Positions 35,638-50,104 of a stretch of 64,000 nt of DNA are shown piece by piece. The notes below the pieces were generated by a model that made no database searches, was not told the DNA's origin, and saw nothing but the letters and a program-made list of their open reading frames with translations. This DNA is from Selaginella moellendorffii. Taxonomy: Eukaryota > Plantae > Lycopodiophyta. Every line of letters begins with the position of its first letter. The stretch's first letter is position 1. A program made the position numbers and the translations under genes. Location: assembly GCF_000143415.4 (NCBI RefSeq), contig NW_003314305.1, positions 309,709 to 373,708 of the forward strand. Direction: 5' to 3'.

Positions 35638-37086
35638 ATGCCCGCTGATAAGATTTTCATCCTGGGACTTGTCGGTATGTTCTTGTTCTTCTCGCATTGT
35701 TTTTCTTAAAGAATAGATAGACCAAGTCTCGCCTCGGCTGACTCGTTCGTTTTCTTTGTTTTCTCGACTGACAGGAAATGCGACTGCGATTGCCGTGTAT
35801 GCATCGCCAATGTAAGTTCTCATATCCACAAGCTTTTCATTCTTTCCAAGTTCTAACTCTTTCCTGAGATCTTTGTCGCAGACCAACCTTTAGCATCATC
35901 TCCCGGAAGAAATCCACCGAGATGTTCTCCGTGGTTCCATACGTCCTCACGCTCTTGACGGCGGCACTGGGGCTCTACTATGGAATGATGAAGAGCGGCG
36001 GGGGATTGCTCATCGTGACCGTTAACTGCGTTGGATGCGTCTTCGAGCTCGCCTATATCATCATCTTCTACAAATACGCCTCCAAAGCCAGCAGGGTACA
36101 CCACAAGCTCTCACAAACTTTGCTTGGTTCTTGAGAGTTCTTCGCAAGCTTTCCAGTGTTCCTCTCTATCGAACCCCGTCGTTTCCTTTTGAGTTCTTCC
36201 AAGAGTCTCTCAGTTCTTCCAGGAGTTTCTCTATTCCCTTATTCAAGTTCGTCGAGAGTTTCGTCACTCTTCCCAGATGCTAAGAAATGGAGATCTTTGT
36301 TTGCAGCGGAAGATTTGGAAGCTGTTGGGTGTGGAGCTTTTCATCTTGTGCAGCTTGATTCTCATCACTCTCTTTGCAACACGCGGGAAACTCCGCATCA
36401 TCGTCATTGGGAGTGTCGCGTCGGCCATCGCCATTGCCATGTACGCGTCCCCTCTCTCGGTCATGGTACGAAAAAAGCTTTCAAATAAAAAAGCAAAAAG
36501 CTCGCACCCATCCAACATTCCCGACTGACAGCTTTCAAAAATTCTCCCTGTCTAGAGAACTGTGATTCGCACCAAGAATGTGGAAGCAATGCCCCTCACA
36601 CTCACCATCTTCCTCCTCATCAACGGGATCCTCTGGTCTGGATTCGCCTTCTTCACCAAAGACATCTTCATAGGAGTAAGTTCTCGATCAAACCAAAAGA
36701 AGAAAACGAAAGATCCTACTCTTACACCATCTTGATCTCTCTCTCTACAGATCCCAAGCGCCGCCGGTTCCGTGTGTGCTGTCGGCCAAATAGTTCTCTA
36801 CATCGTCTGCAAGATATTAAGGCAGAAGAAGGAAGAGAGCAGTAAACCGGAGGGAAAGCAGCACATCATCGACGTGAAAGAGAGCAGTACCGAGGGGATC
36901 GACCTCAGAATCCCACCGCTACGGCAGCAGTCCCTCACCGGAAGCACTGCCTTTAGAACAGCGTCGGGAAAAGTGATGGATCTTCTCAAAGAGCTCAAAG
37001 AGATACCCACTGGGATCCCCGCCTGCAGGACAGCGTCAGAAAAGCTGTTCAAGGAAGCTCCACAGTACGTGGAACTCGCAAAGTAG
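35638..37086 (+). CDS. SWEET: SWEET (MtN3/saliva) sugar transporter, multi-exon
   Basis: GN......SP.PTF..I.RKKSTE.FS.VPY, LYYG, TVN.VG, MYASPLSVM|RTVIRTKNVEAMP. Confidence 0.93.
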
Positions 37087-37302
37087 GAGTAGCAAGCAGG
37101 AGCCGAAAACTCGCCCCCGCCTTCTCCTGTAAACTGGTTTGCTTTTCTCGCTGTCGTGTAAACAACTGACACCACCGTGAAGTAGGAAAATATAAATCTG
37201 TGGAATTCATACCTGTTGTCACAAATCTGTGCTTCTCTATAAACAGCTTTGAGATTCTTGTGAATCCCTGTAGCTGTTCATGTTGTCTCTGGCTCTCTCA
37301 TT

Positions 37303-40300
37303 CTACTTCCACAGCCTGACACACTTGTCATGGCTCGCCGACGCAACCATGCCAGTCGCTGGAGATTGTGCCAATGCCGCGATCAGGCCGTCATGAGCGG
37401 GTATAGTCATGGTCTTGTTCTCTTGCATGTTCCAGAGCTCAAGCGACTGCAAGTAGAAGAACCATGAACATCAAGAAACACACAAAACGAGGAAAAAAAT
37501 AAACTTTAAACAGACGTACTTGATAGCAACCGATGACCAGCAAAGTCGGTAACTTGGGGTGGAACACACAAGAGTGGAACTTGTTCCCGTTACAGTTCAG
37601 CTCGTGGATGCAATCGCCATCGCTTCCATTTAGTGCCCATACTCGAACCGAATCTTCACTGACCGAAGCGACGTAGTCGCCAGTAGCGTCCCAGCACACC
37701 GAGTGTACCGGCTTCGTGTGTCGCTGCCAGAAAAGAAAAAGATTTGAGCAAAGATTACCACAGAAGACGTGCCTACCTGTAAGGAATGTACACAAGTCTC
37801 GGTATCCACATCAAAAATAGAGACCACATTCTCGGCAGCTGCCGCCAATAACCTTCCGACTCTTGGCTGGAACCTCGTCTGCGCCATACCACCCTGCAAC
37901 TTATCACGCATCAGCACCGTGCTTCGCAAAGAGATAGACAAACCTTGAAGACTCTGGTGCAAACGCCTTGGCTCACACTCCAGTAGCGTATCTCGCTATC
38001 TCCGTCGCAAGAACACAGTAGGTCCTCGTTCACGGGATGGAAGTCAAGCGACATAACCGACGTCTGATGGCCGGTGAACGTTCTCAAGGAATAGCTCGGC
38101 TACACGAGAGTTGGACAAGAATTAGTCCGCATGACTCGGTTGGCGGGAACTCAAGCTCAAGACTTACATTGTCTGCATCCCACACTCTCACGGTCTTATC
38201 AAATGACGAGGTCGCCAGGCGCGTGGAGTTTGGACTGAATCTTACGTCAGTAATAAGAAAGGTGTGCTCCTCGAGGGTACTCTTGAGCTTTAGAGTGTCC
38301 ATATTCCAGAGAACAGCCTGCCAAGAGAACAATTAGCCTACGGCATTGACTTAAAAACACATTTTTTTCCAGACCTTTTTATCGTGTCCGGCGCTCGCAA
38401 GAAGTTTCCCGTCGGACGAGAAATGGCAACAGACAACCTTGCTCGTACTTGCTCGCAAGCAACCTACTTCGCTAAGAAAACCTGGTCAATGAATTCAAAC
38501 CAACAGTAAGAGGAGAAATTCTATCGAAATGCATTTATCGAAATAGATATGTGCCTTTGCTCACATCCATGACAGGGCTTTGTTTGCTGCTTCCAAACAA
38601 GCCATCGCGATGATCTGCGTCGTCGTGCGATAAAAAGGACTCGACGTTATCATCCAGCGACGGATCTTCGCCGAAGCGGTCAATATCAGCCTGCAACTTC
38701 AATTTCCACCACTCAGACCCTTGACAAAAAAGCCATTACAGAGAAAATCAGGAAAAAACCATCCTATTGCAGCTTACAGCATATAGTTCTTACCAGCTGG
38801 TTTGTAGGCGAAGCAAGCGTCCCAGCTCCATCTGACCCGTACATCATAAGCGACTTGGAGATGTTTCCATTTTGTTGTAAAGCTCCCGCCATGGAAATGA
38901 CATCGCCAGGCGTATGTGTTGATGGAGACGACGGGGAATTCGGACCCGCCGTGTTCGCTGTACCCGTACTATTAGCTGGACCAGAGGATGACGCCGGTTG
39001 CTTCCGTTTTCGGCCACTGGGACCTTTAGCAGCAACCTGTAGACGAAAAGGAAATAAAACGAAGTTATGTAAGAACGTTGACGCTACAAATTATATCTCA
39101 CTTTCACCTTTCCAGTCCCTGTGCTGTTCGTACTGGGACTCGGCTCCATGCCGCTATAAACCTGGTCGCCGGTTCCCCTAAAGGAGTTGGACAGCGCACC
39201 ATCAACTCCAACAACACCCATTCTCTCTTGTTGTAGTTGTTGCTGCTGCTGTTGCTGCTGTTGTGGCGTTGCCGGTTGCTGCTGCGCTTGCTGCCCTTGT
39301 TGAGAAGACTGTGGTGGCTGTGGCTGTTGGCCACTTTGAGCTTGCTGCGACTGGGCCATTTTTATCTGCCAAAAAATAAAAAGAAACACTTCAAGCTCCA
39401 TGAGTGAAAAATGAAGATAGTACCTTCATCAGCATCTCCCCCTGATCCTGTGGATTACCACGAGGCAGGAGTGTTGCAGCCTGCATAGGTGATCCGACCT
39501 CGCTGAGACCAGCTTGACCATCTTTGCCCATTTGGTTTTGATTCCGACTGAGAAGCATGCGAAACCTTCTCCCGTCTACATCACCAAGGAGAGCAGAATT
39601 GGACGAAGGCAAGCTTCCTTGCGCCTGAGCCTGAAGCAGTAAGTGCTGGTGCTGAGGACTCAGTATATGATATGCTGGAGAAGCCTGCAAAGACGGCTTC
39701 TGATTTTGCACTAGCGTCGGGCGAAGCTGATCCATTCCCTGAGCAGCGCAAGACACCAACGTCAAACAACAAATACTTCCGTGTCGATTGTACTTACAGC
39801 TAATGACCAGCCTTTCAATGACATTGCATTTCCTCCTTGATTGACTCCTGCCGATAATTAAAACGTCAACTCAAGCGCACTCTCAAAGTCAAGAGCATAC
39901 CTGGACTAAGAAGGTTTGGCTTGGCATGCCCAAACATGGAAGGATCCGGTGCAGGTGATCTTTGATTCAAAACTACGTTGCCGTCGCTCTTGCTGTCCTG
40001 TTTTGTGTAAAAAACGAATGAGCCGGACAGAGACTAGAAGACTAGAAGACGTACCTGAGAGACTCCAGAGAGCTGAGGCCTGTTCTGAACTTGTTGCAAT
40101 CCAGCAGCACTAGCTGGAAGTAAAGGCCTGTCCATTTCCAGAGTTTGAAAACGTAATGACATCAAAGAAAAAAGATCATTTACCCAGACGGCTGGCCAGG
40201 AGTCGGCGCTCCTTTAAGCAGACTTGTCGGGCTTGGATCCAAAAGCTGTCCCGGAGTCTCTCCGTATCTCTGCAAAGACCCCCAGTCAGAGTGCGTCCCT

Positions 40301-41224
40301 TGGGTCACGGCAACTGAACAGACCTTAATATCTTCGAGAGTGTCACGTTGGTGTGGATGCTTGAGACGCTCCTCGTAGATTTTGGTTGCCATTGCGTTCG
40401 CAGTTGGGGTGAGGAGTGAATCACCACCCATGCCGTTTGCAGCAGCGTTTATGGCCAGATCCCTCCGAGGCTGCTGCTGCTGCTGGGCTTGACGCTGGAG
40501 GAGTTGAATCTGCTGCATGTGAAGTTGCTGCTGGTGTTGCTGCTGCTGCTGGTGCTGCTGCTGTTGCTGGTGTTGCTGCTGGTTTTGCTGCAGCTGTTGT
40601 TGTTGTTGCTGCTGCTGCTGCTGCTGATGCTGCTGACTTTGCTGCAACTGCTGTTGCTGTTGCTGCTGCTGCTGACTTTGTTGTAATTGTTGTTGGTGCT
40701 GCTGCTGGTGCTGCTGCTGCTGAATTTGCTGCTGTTGCTGCTGGTGCTGAAGATGCTGGTGTTGCTGCTGTTGTTCTCTCGCCTTGAGTTGCTGAGTCTG
40801 TAGTACAAGGGGTGATGAATAAGAAAAATGAATGAAAAGCTTTACCTCGATATATGAAGCAGCCACCTCTGAGTGCTTTTCATTCGTACGAGCAATGAAA
40901 ATGTCCCAGAACACGGACCACCACTCGAACAAAAAACCACCAGGAGCATCAATCGCTGCATCGAAAAAAAAAGGGAAAAAAAGGAGCAATGGAACTCCTA
41001 TGAGGACAAGAATCTCTACGGAGAGGAGCTCTTACCGACAGGATCGCCAGAAACTTTGCCCTCTGTCTGAAAGGCCTTGGCAGAGGCCTGGAGGTTTTTC
41101 TTCACAAGATAGTCGTGTATATAAACATCGAGCCTGCGAATCCCAATCTTACTCAAACAACGAGAAGAACAAAAAGAAATCCAAACGCTTACATCTTATC
41201 GGCTTCCCAGTTACTTTGCGCCAT
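37303..41224 (-). CDS. LUG: LEUNIG/LEUNIG_HOMOLOG Groucho-type transcriptional corepressor, multi-exon
   Basis: [11 protein letters not shown]|[38 protein letters not shown] (LUFS), polyQ region, [10 protein letters not shown]40 repeats ending [13 protein letters not shown]. Confidence 0.96.
40470..40775 (-). repeat. CAG/CAA polyglutamine tract within LUG
   Basis: About 100 codons dominated by Q with H/L/S interruptions. Confidence 0.95.
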
Positions 41225-41789
41225 TGCGCCTCCGCTCTTTCGAAGGACTCCGGCAATAGAATCCGCCTATCCTGCAGATGAAAGCCCTCGTCATTGCAGT
41301 AGCACGCGAAAATCCTCCTAGGACTCGCACAAAACCCTTGGCGAGCTGCGCAATCACCTCTGCCGAGAGAGAATGCAGGGGACAGGAAGAGCACTGACCT
41401 TGGAACCGAGATCTTTAGGCGCCCCTGCTCGATAGCGCTCGCGTCCATGGATCCGCCATAGCCACGAGCTTGCAAAACAAGGAGTGTTCGAGCTAAAGAG
41501 TGTTTTAAGTGTGTGCTTCTTTCTGCAAGGCACGCAGGCTCGGTCACGGACCTACCACACCGGGGAGGTCCGGCAGGGCCATTTGGGGATATCTTGCCAA
41601 AGCTGGGTAGGCTCGGCAGTCTTGCCAGTCAGACCCTCGTTGACCGCGCCAAAACGTAAAAAATTTGAGCTTCAAGTGAGAGAACAAAACCATCAGCTGA
41701 TGCAATGTCAACGATCAGAGTCATTCCTACATAAATGCTTGCGCCCTGTTCTTATCAGCTTTAGCGCGTAACAATTCATTCTCTCCAGA

Positions 41790-44260
41790 TGTTTCCAAAA
41801 CATCTCAGAGAGATTTCGAGTATGATCCAACTCTTAAGAAATGATCTTAAGAAATGGCTTTCGCGGAGCATAAGTTGTGGAACCCGCTGCTGGAGCTCTC
41901 ACATGGGACGCTTAGGTAGAGTTTTAAAGGAAGAACCTTGAAAGTTCTACTCAAGAGATCTGGTGGAAACAGATGCTCTGTCGCGCTCCCGCAGCGTTGG
42001 CTTCTTCCTTGTGGATGTCAGCTAATGTCACTACTGTGACATTAGAGAAGAAAGGTTTGCTTACCAGAATCGCCGCCGCCAAGGTAACGTTGCCAGCAGC
42101 GACCGCAGCGGATGTGATTCTCAATCTGTGCTACGAGAGACAGAATGTGGAGCTCGTTCTATGTTTCCCTAGCAATTGATCAATTCGTTCGCTCATGCAA
42201 GCGCTAGGAATGCTCAAGCTAGGCTTCTTTTGCCGGAGCTCGCTGGAATTATCGAGCTCCGCCAAATAAAAAAAGCAATCTCTTTAGGTGCAGAGTGTGG
42301 CACAAGAAAGTGGATCTTTAATTCTTTGCGCGTTCAGAAAAAAGAAGGCGAGCACGAAGGTTTCTACGAAAGAAAGCCCCTATCCGCTCATAGAGATTGA
42401 ATTGCTGGAAGAGACACTGCTTTGAGTGTCCAGACCCTCTAATTGTAACCATGCTCCACCCGATATTCATACGTTAGCTTTGGCTGCTCGTGCTTGTAGC
42501 ATGAGCATTGAATAGAAGCCATGGAGATGGAAAATAACCTGGCAATGCAGATTGCTGGGCTCACAAACAAGGGGAACTTGAAGTCTGGTCTATCATAAAT
42601 CTTGCACAGCGTTATCTTAGAGAACCATTCCTCGCCTCACCAGTATAAACGGTTCCCATCATCCATGGATGGCTAACCAAAGACCTTGGAATATTCTTAG
42701 TGTTTAAAATCTTGATTTCAGCCGATAAATTGTAAACAACCAGCGAGAGTTTTCTCTTACACATTAAGATAATCCTTACATATTAGTTCTGCCCTCCATC
42801 TATCCACTTGTAACCTGGCAAAATCTGGCTTTGCTTTGATCTTTTAAGTTAAGGAAGTCTATATGCGAGGATTTTCTTTGGGTATGTGATGTGTGTTAGA
42901 AAACAAAAGCCATAACAGAAGCCCTATGAATGAAACAACAAAAAGAAAACATTGGGTATTTGCTTAGCTTAAGTATCTATCCTTGTTGTCTTTGGCCCTC
43001 TCACTCTACTTCAATTGACACACTTGTCATGGCTCGCCAATGCAACCATGCCAGTCGCTGGAGACTGCGCCAAGGCCGCAATTAGGCCGTCGTGAGAGGC
43101 ATAGTCATATGGCATGTTCCACAGCTCAAACTACTGTAAGTAGGAGAATCATGAGAGGAAAAACAAACTTTAAAATGTTGTCCTTAATAGCAACCAGGAA
43201 TAAAATTCTATTTGAGCTCGCGAGAAGTGCTCGTAAGGAGTGGAAGGCTTGGCAATAGTTTTAGGGATTAGCATTAGTTTTAGGGATTAGGGATTAGTTT
43301 TAGGGCGTGCCAATGGAGGCTGGCAGTGGGTGGCACCGGTCAGTGGTAGCATGGGATTTGGCCGTGGCAGCAGCGCTGGCGGCAGCATGAGATCTAGTGG
43401 TGGCGCTTGGGTAGGCTCAGCATCTTGTCAACGACTGACTCCCCACAACGTTTGTTTGTTTCAAACATTTGAGCGTGACTCGCAACCAAATTCTAAAACT
43501 TAAGCTTGCACACTTGCAGTGGTTCGAAAACCGGAACGTTTGAAATATCGCATGATCCAGAATCCTTGTTTTCCGATTCAGAGCAGCCGATTTGATTCCG
43601 CCGGTTTTGGAATGGCTTCCTATGTTGTGTGAAGCACCCGCTGCTTGAGCTCTCACCTGGAAAGAAACATTCGCTGGGTAGAGATGTTGTAGCGCTCCCG
43701 CGTTGGCTTCTTCCGTGGATGTCAGCAGCTCAAATTTAAAAATGTCACAACTGTGAGAAGAGATCGAGAGGATCTAATAAAAAAGAATGAAAAAAGAGTT
43801 AACGCCACAATCTTTCTAGTACAGATTGGCGATGGCTAGGCCGCCGGCAGCGATCGCAGCAGATAATCGACCGGTTTTGTTCTAAAGAAGATGGTATTGC
43901 CAAGAAAGTTTTTCCTTTGCGCCCAGAAAAAGATGGTGAGCGAAAGAGTGCCCCTGGTTCATAGAGACTGAATTGCTGTGTAAAGCCTGGAGGAACAAGG
44001 AGAAGCATATTTGGCTGGTCAATAGAAGTGGCGGAGATGGAGAACAACCAACTTGTAGTCTGGCCTATCATAAATCTTGCGCAGCCTCGTCACTTCGTCG
44101 AATTCCTCCTGCGAGAAGTCGCTCATCCTCTCAGAGGGCGCTCGCTTGCCTCCTAAGTATTTACGTTGTCCACAATCATCCATGGGCTCGAACGAGTGAC
44201 CTCCGTTGGTAGGACACTGCCTGAGCAGCCCCTTCCACAATATGTCAGCCATCTCCATCT
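41790..44260. pseudogene. Mosaic of duplicated gene fragments (ARM gene in both orientations, LUG last exon, unknown gene pieces)
   Basis: 42090-42160 (+), 41970-42085 (-) and 43540-43860 (-) match parts of 25950-26500. 42984-43196 matches LUG 37281-37531. 42330-42610 resembles 43920-44085. Confidence 0.8.
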
Positions 44261-47200
44261 CCCAGGGAAGCTCGGGACGAACGTTGAGCTTGGATCTTGT
44301 GAGACCATCTGCGCGCGATCGACAAGTCGCTGTGCTGTAACGAGCATCTACCAGAACGTCGCATATGGGAGACGTAGGATCTATGGATCACTGCGATGGC
44401 GAGCGTTTTTTGCTCCAACCAGGCTGCTACTCACCGTGAGGCCTCGTCTCTCTCCACCTAGCTGGCAATGATGTGGCATGCTTACATGGCATTTCTCTCT
44501 TTCCACTCCAGTCTGCATCTGTCTGTCAGATGATTGTGGTCTTTCTCGGCTTTTGACCGGCACTTCTTTGACGTCCTGGAGTTTAGAAACATTTTTTTTC
44601 ATTGTTTGTTCTTGGTTTGCTTTCATGAAAAAATAAATTGTCACGTTTGGTTTGCTTTAGTTTTTAAGTAGAAACTTTAAGAGCTCCTCACAATTGCCAT
44701 TCTAGATGTAGGCCCTAAGCAATGCATTGTAAGCTATGGTATTTCTTTGGCTCATGCCCCCATGACCAAATCACAATGATACAAAGTGGTTAGAGAAGTT
44801 TATAAATTATGAACATGTTCATAAATTATAAATGCAAGATTAATTTAAATGAATATGGTAAAATATCCTAGAATATCCAAATATATTCAAAACAAATCTC
44901 AGCTAAATCAGAAATATTTCTATTACCAAATAGCTATATTTTAAATACAGCCTATGCCTTGCCCATGTCTTTAATGACTAGGTATGATATGTTAACAATG
45001 ATGTTTTAAAACTACTTGATCCTCAAGAAAATTTTCCTGAAGTGTATGAAGTTAGACTCAATATGGAGAGGCAGGAGCTCCCACTTAAGCCAAAACAACA
45101 TAGTCAGTCAGTGCCATAACTCTGGAATTGGCAGCTAAAGTGAAATACAAAGACTTTGTAGATGTGTAAGGAGTTTTGGCTTCCACATTACAATTCTGTA
45201 CATGGAGAAGCTGCACTGTCATGGCTTTATAGCCAGCTTTTCTTTGTCAAGGAGCATGTGACCGATCTTCCTTTGCTTCCTGGCAGTGGAATTTGCTACA
45301 TTAGTTCCGCAAAACATTAGAAGGAATACAATCAACTATTTTAGGGCCTCTTTTCCTATTTTACAAAATAAACACCCTCTATGCTTGCCTTTAACAATAA
45401 ATAAAGAAATTTGACATTAAACACTGATTACAAAAGTTACTACAATTGTATTTAATCTGAATTATTTTGTTATCATATATTATATTATAAATGAGCCTAA
45501 AAACAACATTATTTTAAAAGCACAAACACAGAGTAAAGCACTAGCAAAAACTTTACCCTTTAAGCATAAATTGATTTTCATTTTTAAGTATATTGTTAAC
45601 ATACATAAATGGTTGAGGTTTTATCTTTAGAACATCATTTATAATAAAAATATAAATTTTGAACTTGAGTATTATTATTCAAATTTTTGTTATATTTTAT
45701 TATATCTTATGCTGATAAAATTCTATATAAAGAAAGGAATATTAGGAATTGAAGCTTTAATAACATCTATAAAAATTTGACTTTCAACATTGTTCAAATA
45801 CCGGGACAAGGATTGATTATTTAATAAAACTGAAATCCAGATCCTGGCTTTTAGATTATAATATGCAAAAATGACTCAGACGCTCCAGATTTTGGAGAAC
45901 TTCAAGAATCAAAATAGTGACGTCCTACTTTCCTATTTTTAGGATCGAGATTAATAGCCTTCATGGTTGGCTAAACTATATCTTAATTGGTTTTACTATA
46001 TATAATAAATTATTACCTAAACAATTAGAATTCCTAATTAAAAAATCACATCTTTATTTAAATCAAAATTTTTATATGCTGGTAAATGATTGTAAAAACT
46101 AATAAAATATGTTATCTTGTAATTCAATAATACGACAATTTAGTTTTTTATTCTAAAAACATAACCCTCTGGTCACCAAATAAATATTGATAATTACTCA
46201 ATTGTATAATGAGCACCTAACTTAAGCTTTCAAGACTAATTTTTAAAAATACAAAATTGAACAACTTTGGAAAAGTAAAAATATCATAAGTGAGTGATAA
46301 TTATTCACACATGCCATGGGGCTGATTGGAGAGAGATATACTATATATAATGGTATATACAATGTTAATATTAAATAATAAATGTTATAAAATTGTCAAA
46401 ATGAAAAATTTCTCTTTTTCTTTAGAGTGGAATTTTTTTCATTAAAGTAAGAAACCATAGCATCTGTTTACATGCCATATCTTAGTTCAGTCACTCAATT
46501 TGCATTAGCCTTTTTGATTTATTTATTTCATTGACAATGTTATAGTACATTATGTGAGAAATCACATAGAACACTTCTAATTTGCATATTATCTTCACTT
46601 TTTTTTTGTCTTGATATGTGGCCACAAGCCATCGTTTTTATTTAAAAAATTTAGGATAATGACAAATCCCACTTTAAAAATAAAAAGGCCTTAAATATAT
46701 CTTATTTGTAGATTTTCATAGAAGATATTTAAACTACATGAAGGAAATAAATTTATAATATAAAAGAAATAGAACTTGTTTTTGGTTTGAGATTAGGAAA
46801 AGTTGGAAGTATTTTTTCAAGGGGTGAAAATTAGCTTTTAGATACGCATATATATCTCGGGAATATTGAAGGGAAAAATTACCAAGAATTGTATTAAAAG
46901 ATAAACATATCAGATGAAGACAATTAGACATGTATTTTTAATCACAATATTAAATCACAACTATAAATCTACCACACAGTATTTGGACATTGCCAATTAT
47001 ATGTCACACTCTCAAAAGATGCTTTGGTTTTCACATTTCTAAACATATACACATATGTGTAAAAATAAAACCAAGATTACTCAGGAAGGTACATGAGAAA
47101 TTAAGTTTATAAGGAAATTCTCTAAAATGGTGAACTAAATTCTTTAATTAAAAAAAATGTATTTAACTATGTATATAAATTATACAGATGCAATGGAAAT

Positions 47201-48152
47201 AAAATATATACCAAACACACTTAATGAGATAAAAATTCTTTAGAATGATATCACTATTGTAACACATTTTCTTTCTAATTGAGTGATATATATACATATA
47301 CATACTTACATACATATATGTCATATAAATCCTTATTCTGAATGGTATATATTTATATGATACATGTCCATCACTTAGGCTATGATATAAAAATATATAG
47401 CATATCTCAGTTGCAAGTGCACAAAAATTTGAGCTATTATGCAAAATTAACAGCATCACATCTGATAAGTGAGTAATCTTAGTTTATTATAACGGAATGC
47501 TTTTACATACACTACTATAGTTCTAGTGTATACACAAACAAATAGATATATAATTAAATAGACTATACAGAAATTTAATTATACAAAAATAGTGAGGAGA
47601 TATGTTTCTTCAATGATGTGAACTTTTTTTTAAAATAAAAAAACTAAATCAAGTTAGTTTCTTATAAATCTATTTTAACATATGTATTTTATAGCATAAC
47701 GTGATAGAATCAAAGAATTTTATCTAATTTTAAAAAACAATATTAGGTAAGAATAATAATATAGAGCAATTTATTTCCGGAGATAGTGGTGAGCAAGGCA
47801 AGGCTGGTAAGCCACTAACAGACAGGCAGCAAAAAGACGAGAGCAATTCCATAGATGAGCTTGTCCAGCAAATATTCATGCATGACACGTTAGTCAGGTA
47901 AGCCCCATCTTATAGCAAAGCTGTAAACGAAGGGGATCTGTCCTCACGAAAGCATCCAGTGCTAGTTTTCACTCGAGCATGCCATGGATAGTTGTGCTCA
48001 AGGAAAGCTTTTGAGTTGTCTTGGTTCATAGCGTTTTATTGGACAATGCAGAAGTTCTAGCGTAGTCATGTAAAGAAGTAGAAAACAAAAAAGAAACCAG
48101 GCAAACATATTAGAAACCTGTGAGAAACTTTCCCCTGTCTTCCTGTTTGAGA

Positions 48153-48781
48153 TCACTGGAGCTTCGATTTAAGGAAATCTTTCCACGCAGCGTCTGTTCC
48201 CTGGAGGCTGCCGAGTAGAATCTTCGCCAGCTTGTCTTCGTCATCCTCCTCGAAAGCAGTGATGAGCCTGTCCCAGGATCCGTGCTCAGCTGTAGTGAAG
48301 AAGGCCGCTGGGAAGGGTGAAATGCGACGCAGCAGCTGCAGCACAAGCAGGCGTCCAACACGCCCATTACCATCTTCAAACGGATGGATCTTCTCGAAGT
48401 CGATGATGACCCTTGCGACCGTGGAGGCCCATTTGGCGATGCTCAGCTTGCTCTTGTTGTGCTCCGTGATGCTTGCATTGAGACGGTCCAGGAACTTCCG
48501 CATCTTGACCTGGATGTCTCGGGGATGTGAGTAACTCTTTCCAGCGGAGGACATGGCACCATAACTGCGGAATGCCGAGACGGGTGTCAGCTGTAGAGCC
48601 TCGTGCAGTTGTAACAGCTGCAGGGTTGTGATGGGTGAGCTCTCCGGCCAGGACCTGATGATGGCAAGACCTCTCAAGAGCCTTGTGGATCGAGCAGGAT
48701 CATCCAAGCCATGGGACGTAGCAACTTTGATAGCTTGGGTGTCCCAAAAAGCCTCAAACCTGGAGTGGATTAGATAAGTAC
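48153..48781 (-). CDS. Fic/Fido-domain protein, copy 1 (main exon; start codon unresolved)
   Basis: FEKIHPFEDGNGRVGRLL is the canonical Fic motif, preceded by LLQLHEAL..FR helices. The frame is open upstream to a splice acceptor near 48781. Confidence 0.85.
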
Positions 48782-49475
48782 CTGGAGAGAGCTATGACAT
48801 AAGACATATCAAAAGGCTGCGTGGTTAGACGGTATAACCAATGGTTTTAGTTCCTTCTCCTTGCCAGTTTTTCTTGTTAGTTTCCTCACTGCAATATAAA
48901 CAAACATTATATAAGGTTGAGAGATCAAAATGCATACCAACACTTCAGACGAGATTCAGAGCCGCACGCCGCCCATCCATGATACCAGCTGAGAGAAATT
49001 CGCAAGTCCTATGACCCTAGGAAGGAAGCCATGGCAATATCGATCTCCATACCTACACAGGCCGCGAGTTGCTCTTGGATCCTAGCTCTGCAGCAAGAAA
49101 AGGTAGCTGAGTGCTACACACCCGGGGCGAGAGGAGAAATCGATTGCTGACGCTGAGCCGGCTGAGCAATTCCATAGACGAGCTCGTCCAGCAAATATTC
49201 ATGCATGACACGTTAGTCAGGTAAGCCCCATCTTATAGCAAAGCTGTAAACGAAGGGGATCTATCCTCACGAAAGCATCCAGTGCTAGTTTTCACTCGAG
49301 CATGCCATGGATAGTTGTGCTCAAGGAAAGCTTTTGAGTTGTCTTGGTTCACAGCGTTTTATTGGACAATGCAGAAGTTCTAGCGTAGTCATGTAAAGAA
49401 GTAGAAAACAAAAAAGAAACCAGGCAAACATGTTAGAAACCTGTGAGAAACTTTCCCCTGTCTTCCTGTTTGAGA

Positions 49476-50104
49476 TCACTGGAGCTTCGATTTAAGGAAA
49501 TCTTTCCACGCAGCGTCTGTTCCCTGGAGGCTGCCGAGTAGAATCTTCGCCAGCTTGTCTTCGTCATCCTCCTCGAAAGCAGTGATGAGCCTGTCCCGGG
49601 ATCCGTGCTCAGCTGCAGTGAAGAAGGCCGCTGGGAAGGGTGAAATGCGACGCAGCAGCTGCAGCGCAAGCAGGCGTCCAACACGCCCATTACCATCTTC
49701 AAACGGATGGATCTTCTCGAAGTCGATGATGAGCCTTGCGGCCGTGGAGGCCCATTTGGCGATGCTCAGCTTGCTCTTGCTGTGCTCCGCGATGCTTGCG
49801 TTGAGACGGTCCAGGAACTTCCGCATCTTGACCTGGATGTCTCGGGGATGTGAGTAACTCTTTCCAGCGGAGGACATGGCACCATAACTGCGGAATGCCC
49901 AGACGGGTGTCAACTGTAGAGCCTCGTGCAGTTGTAACAGCTGCAGGGTCGTGATGGGTGAGCTCTCCGGCCAGGACCTGATGATGGCAAGACCTCTCAA
50001 GAGCCCTGTGGATCGAGCAGGATCATCCAAGCCATGGGACGTAGCAACTTTGATAGCTTGGGTGTCCCAAAAAGCCTCAAACCTGGAGTGGATTAGATAA
50101 GTAC
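49476..50104 (-). CDS. Fic/Fido-domain protein, copy 2 (main exon)
   Basis: Same as copy 1; HPFEDGNGRVGR intact. Confidence 0.85.

Noticed and set aside
44650-47760. AT-rich region with short ORFs
   Set aside because: No recognisable motifs, termini or repeats I could support. Left as intergenic or decayed repeat DNA.
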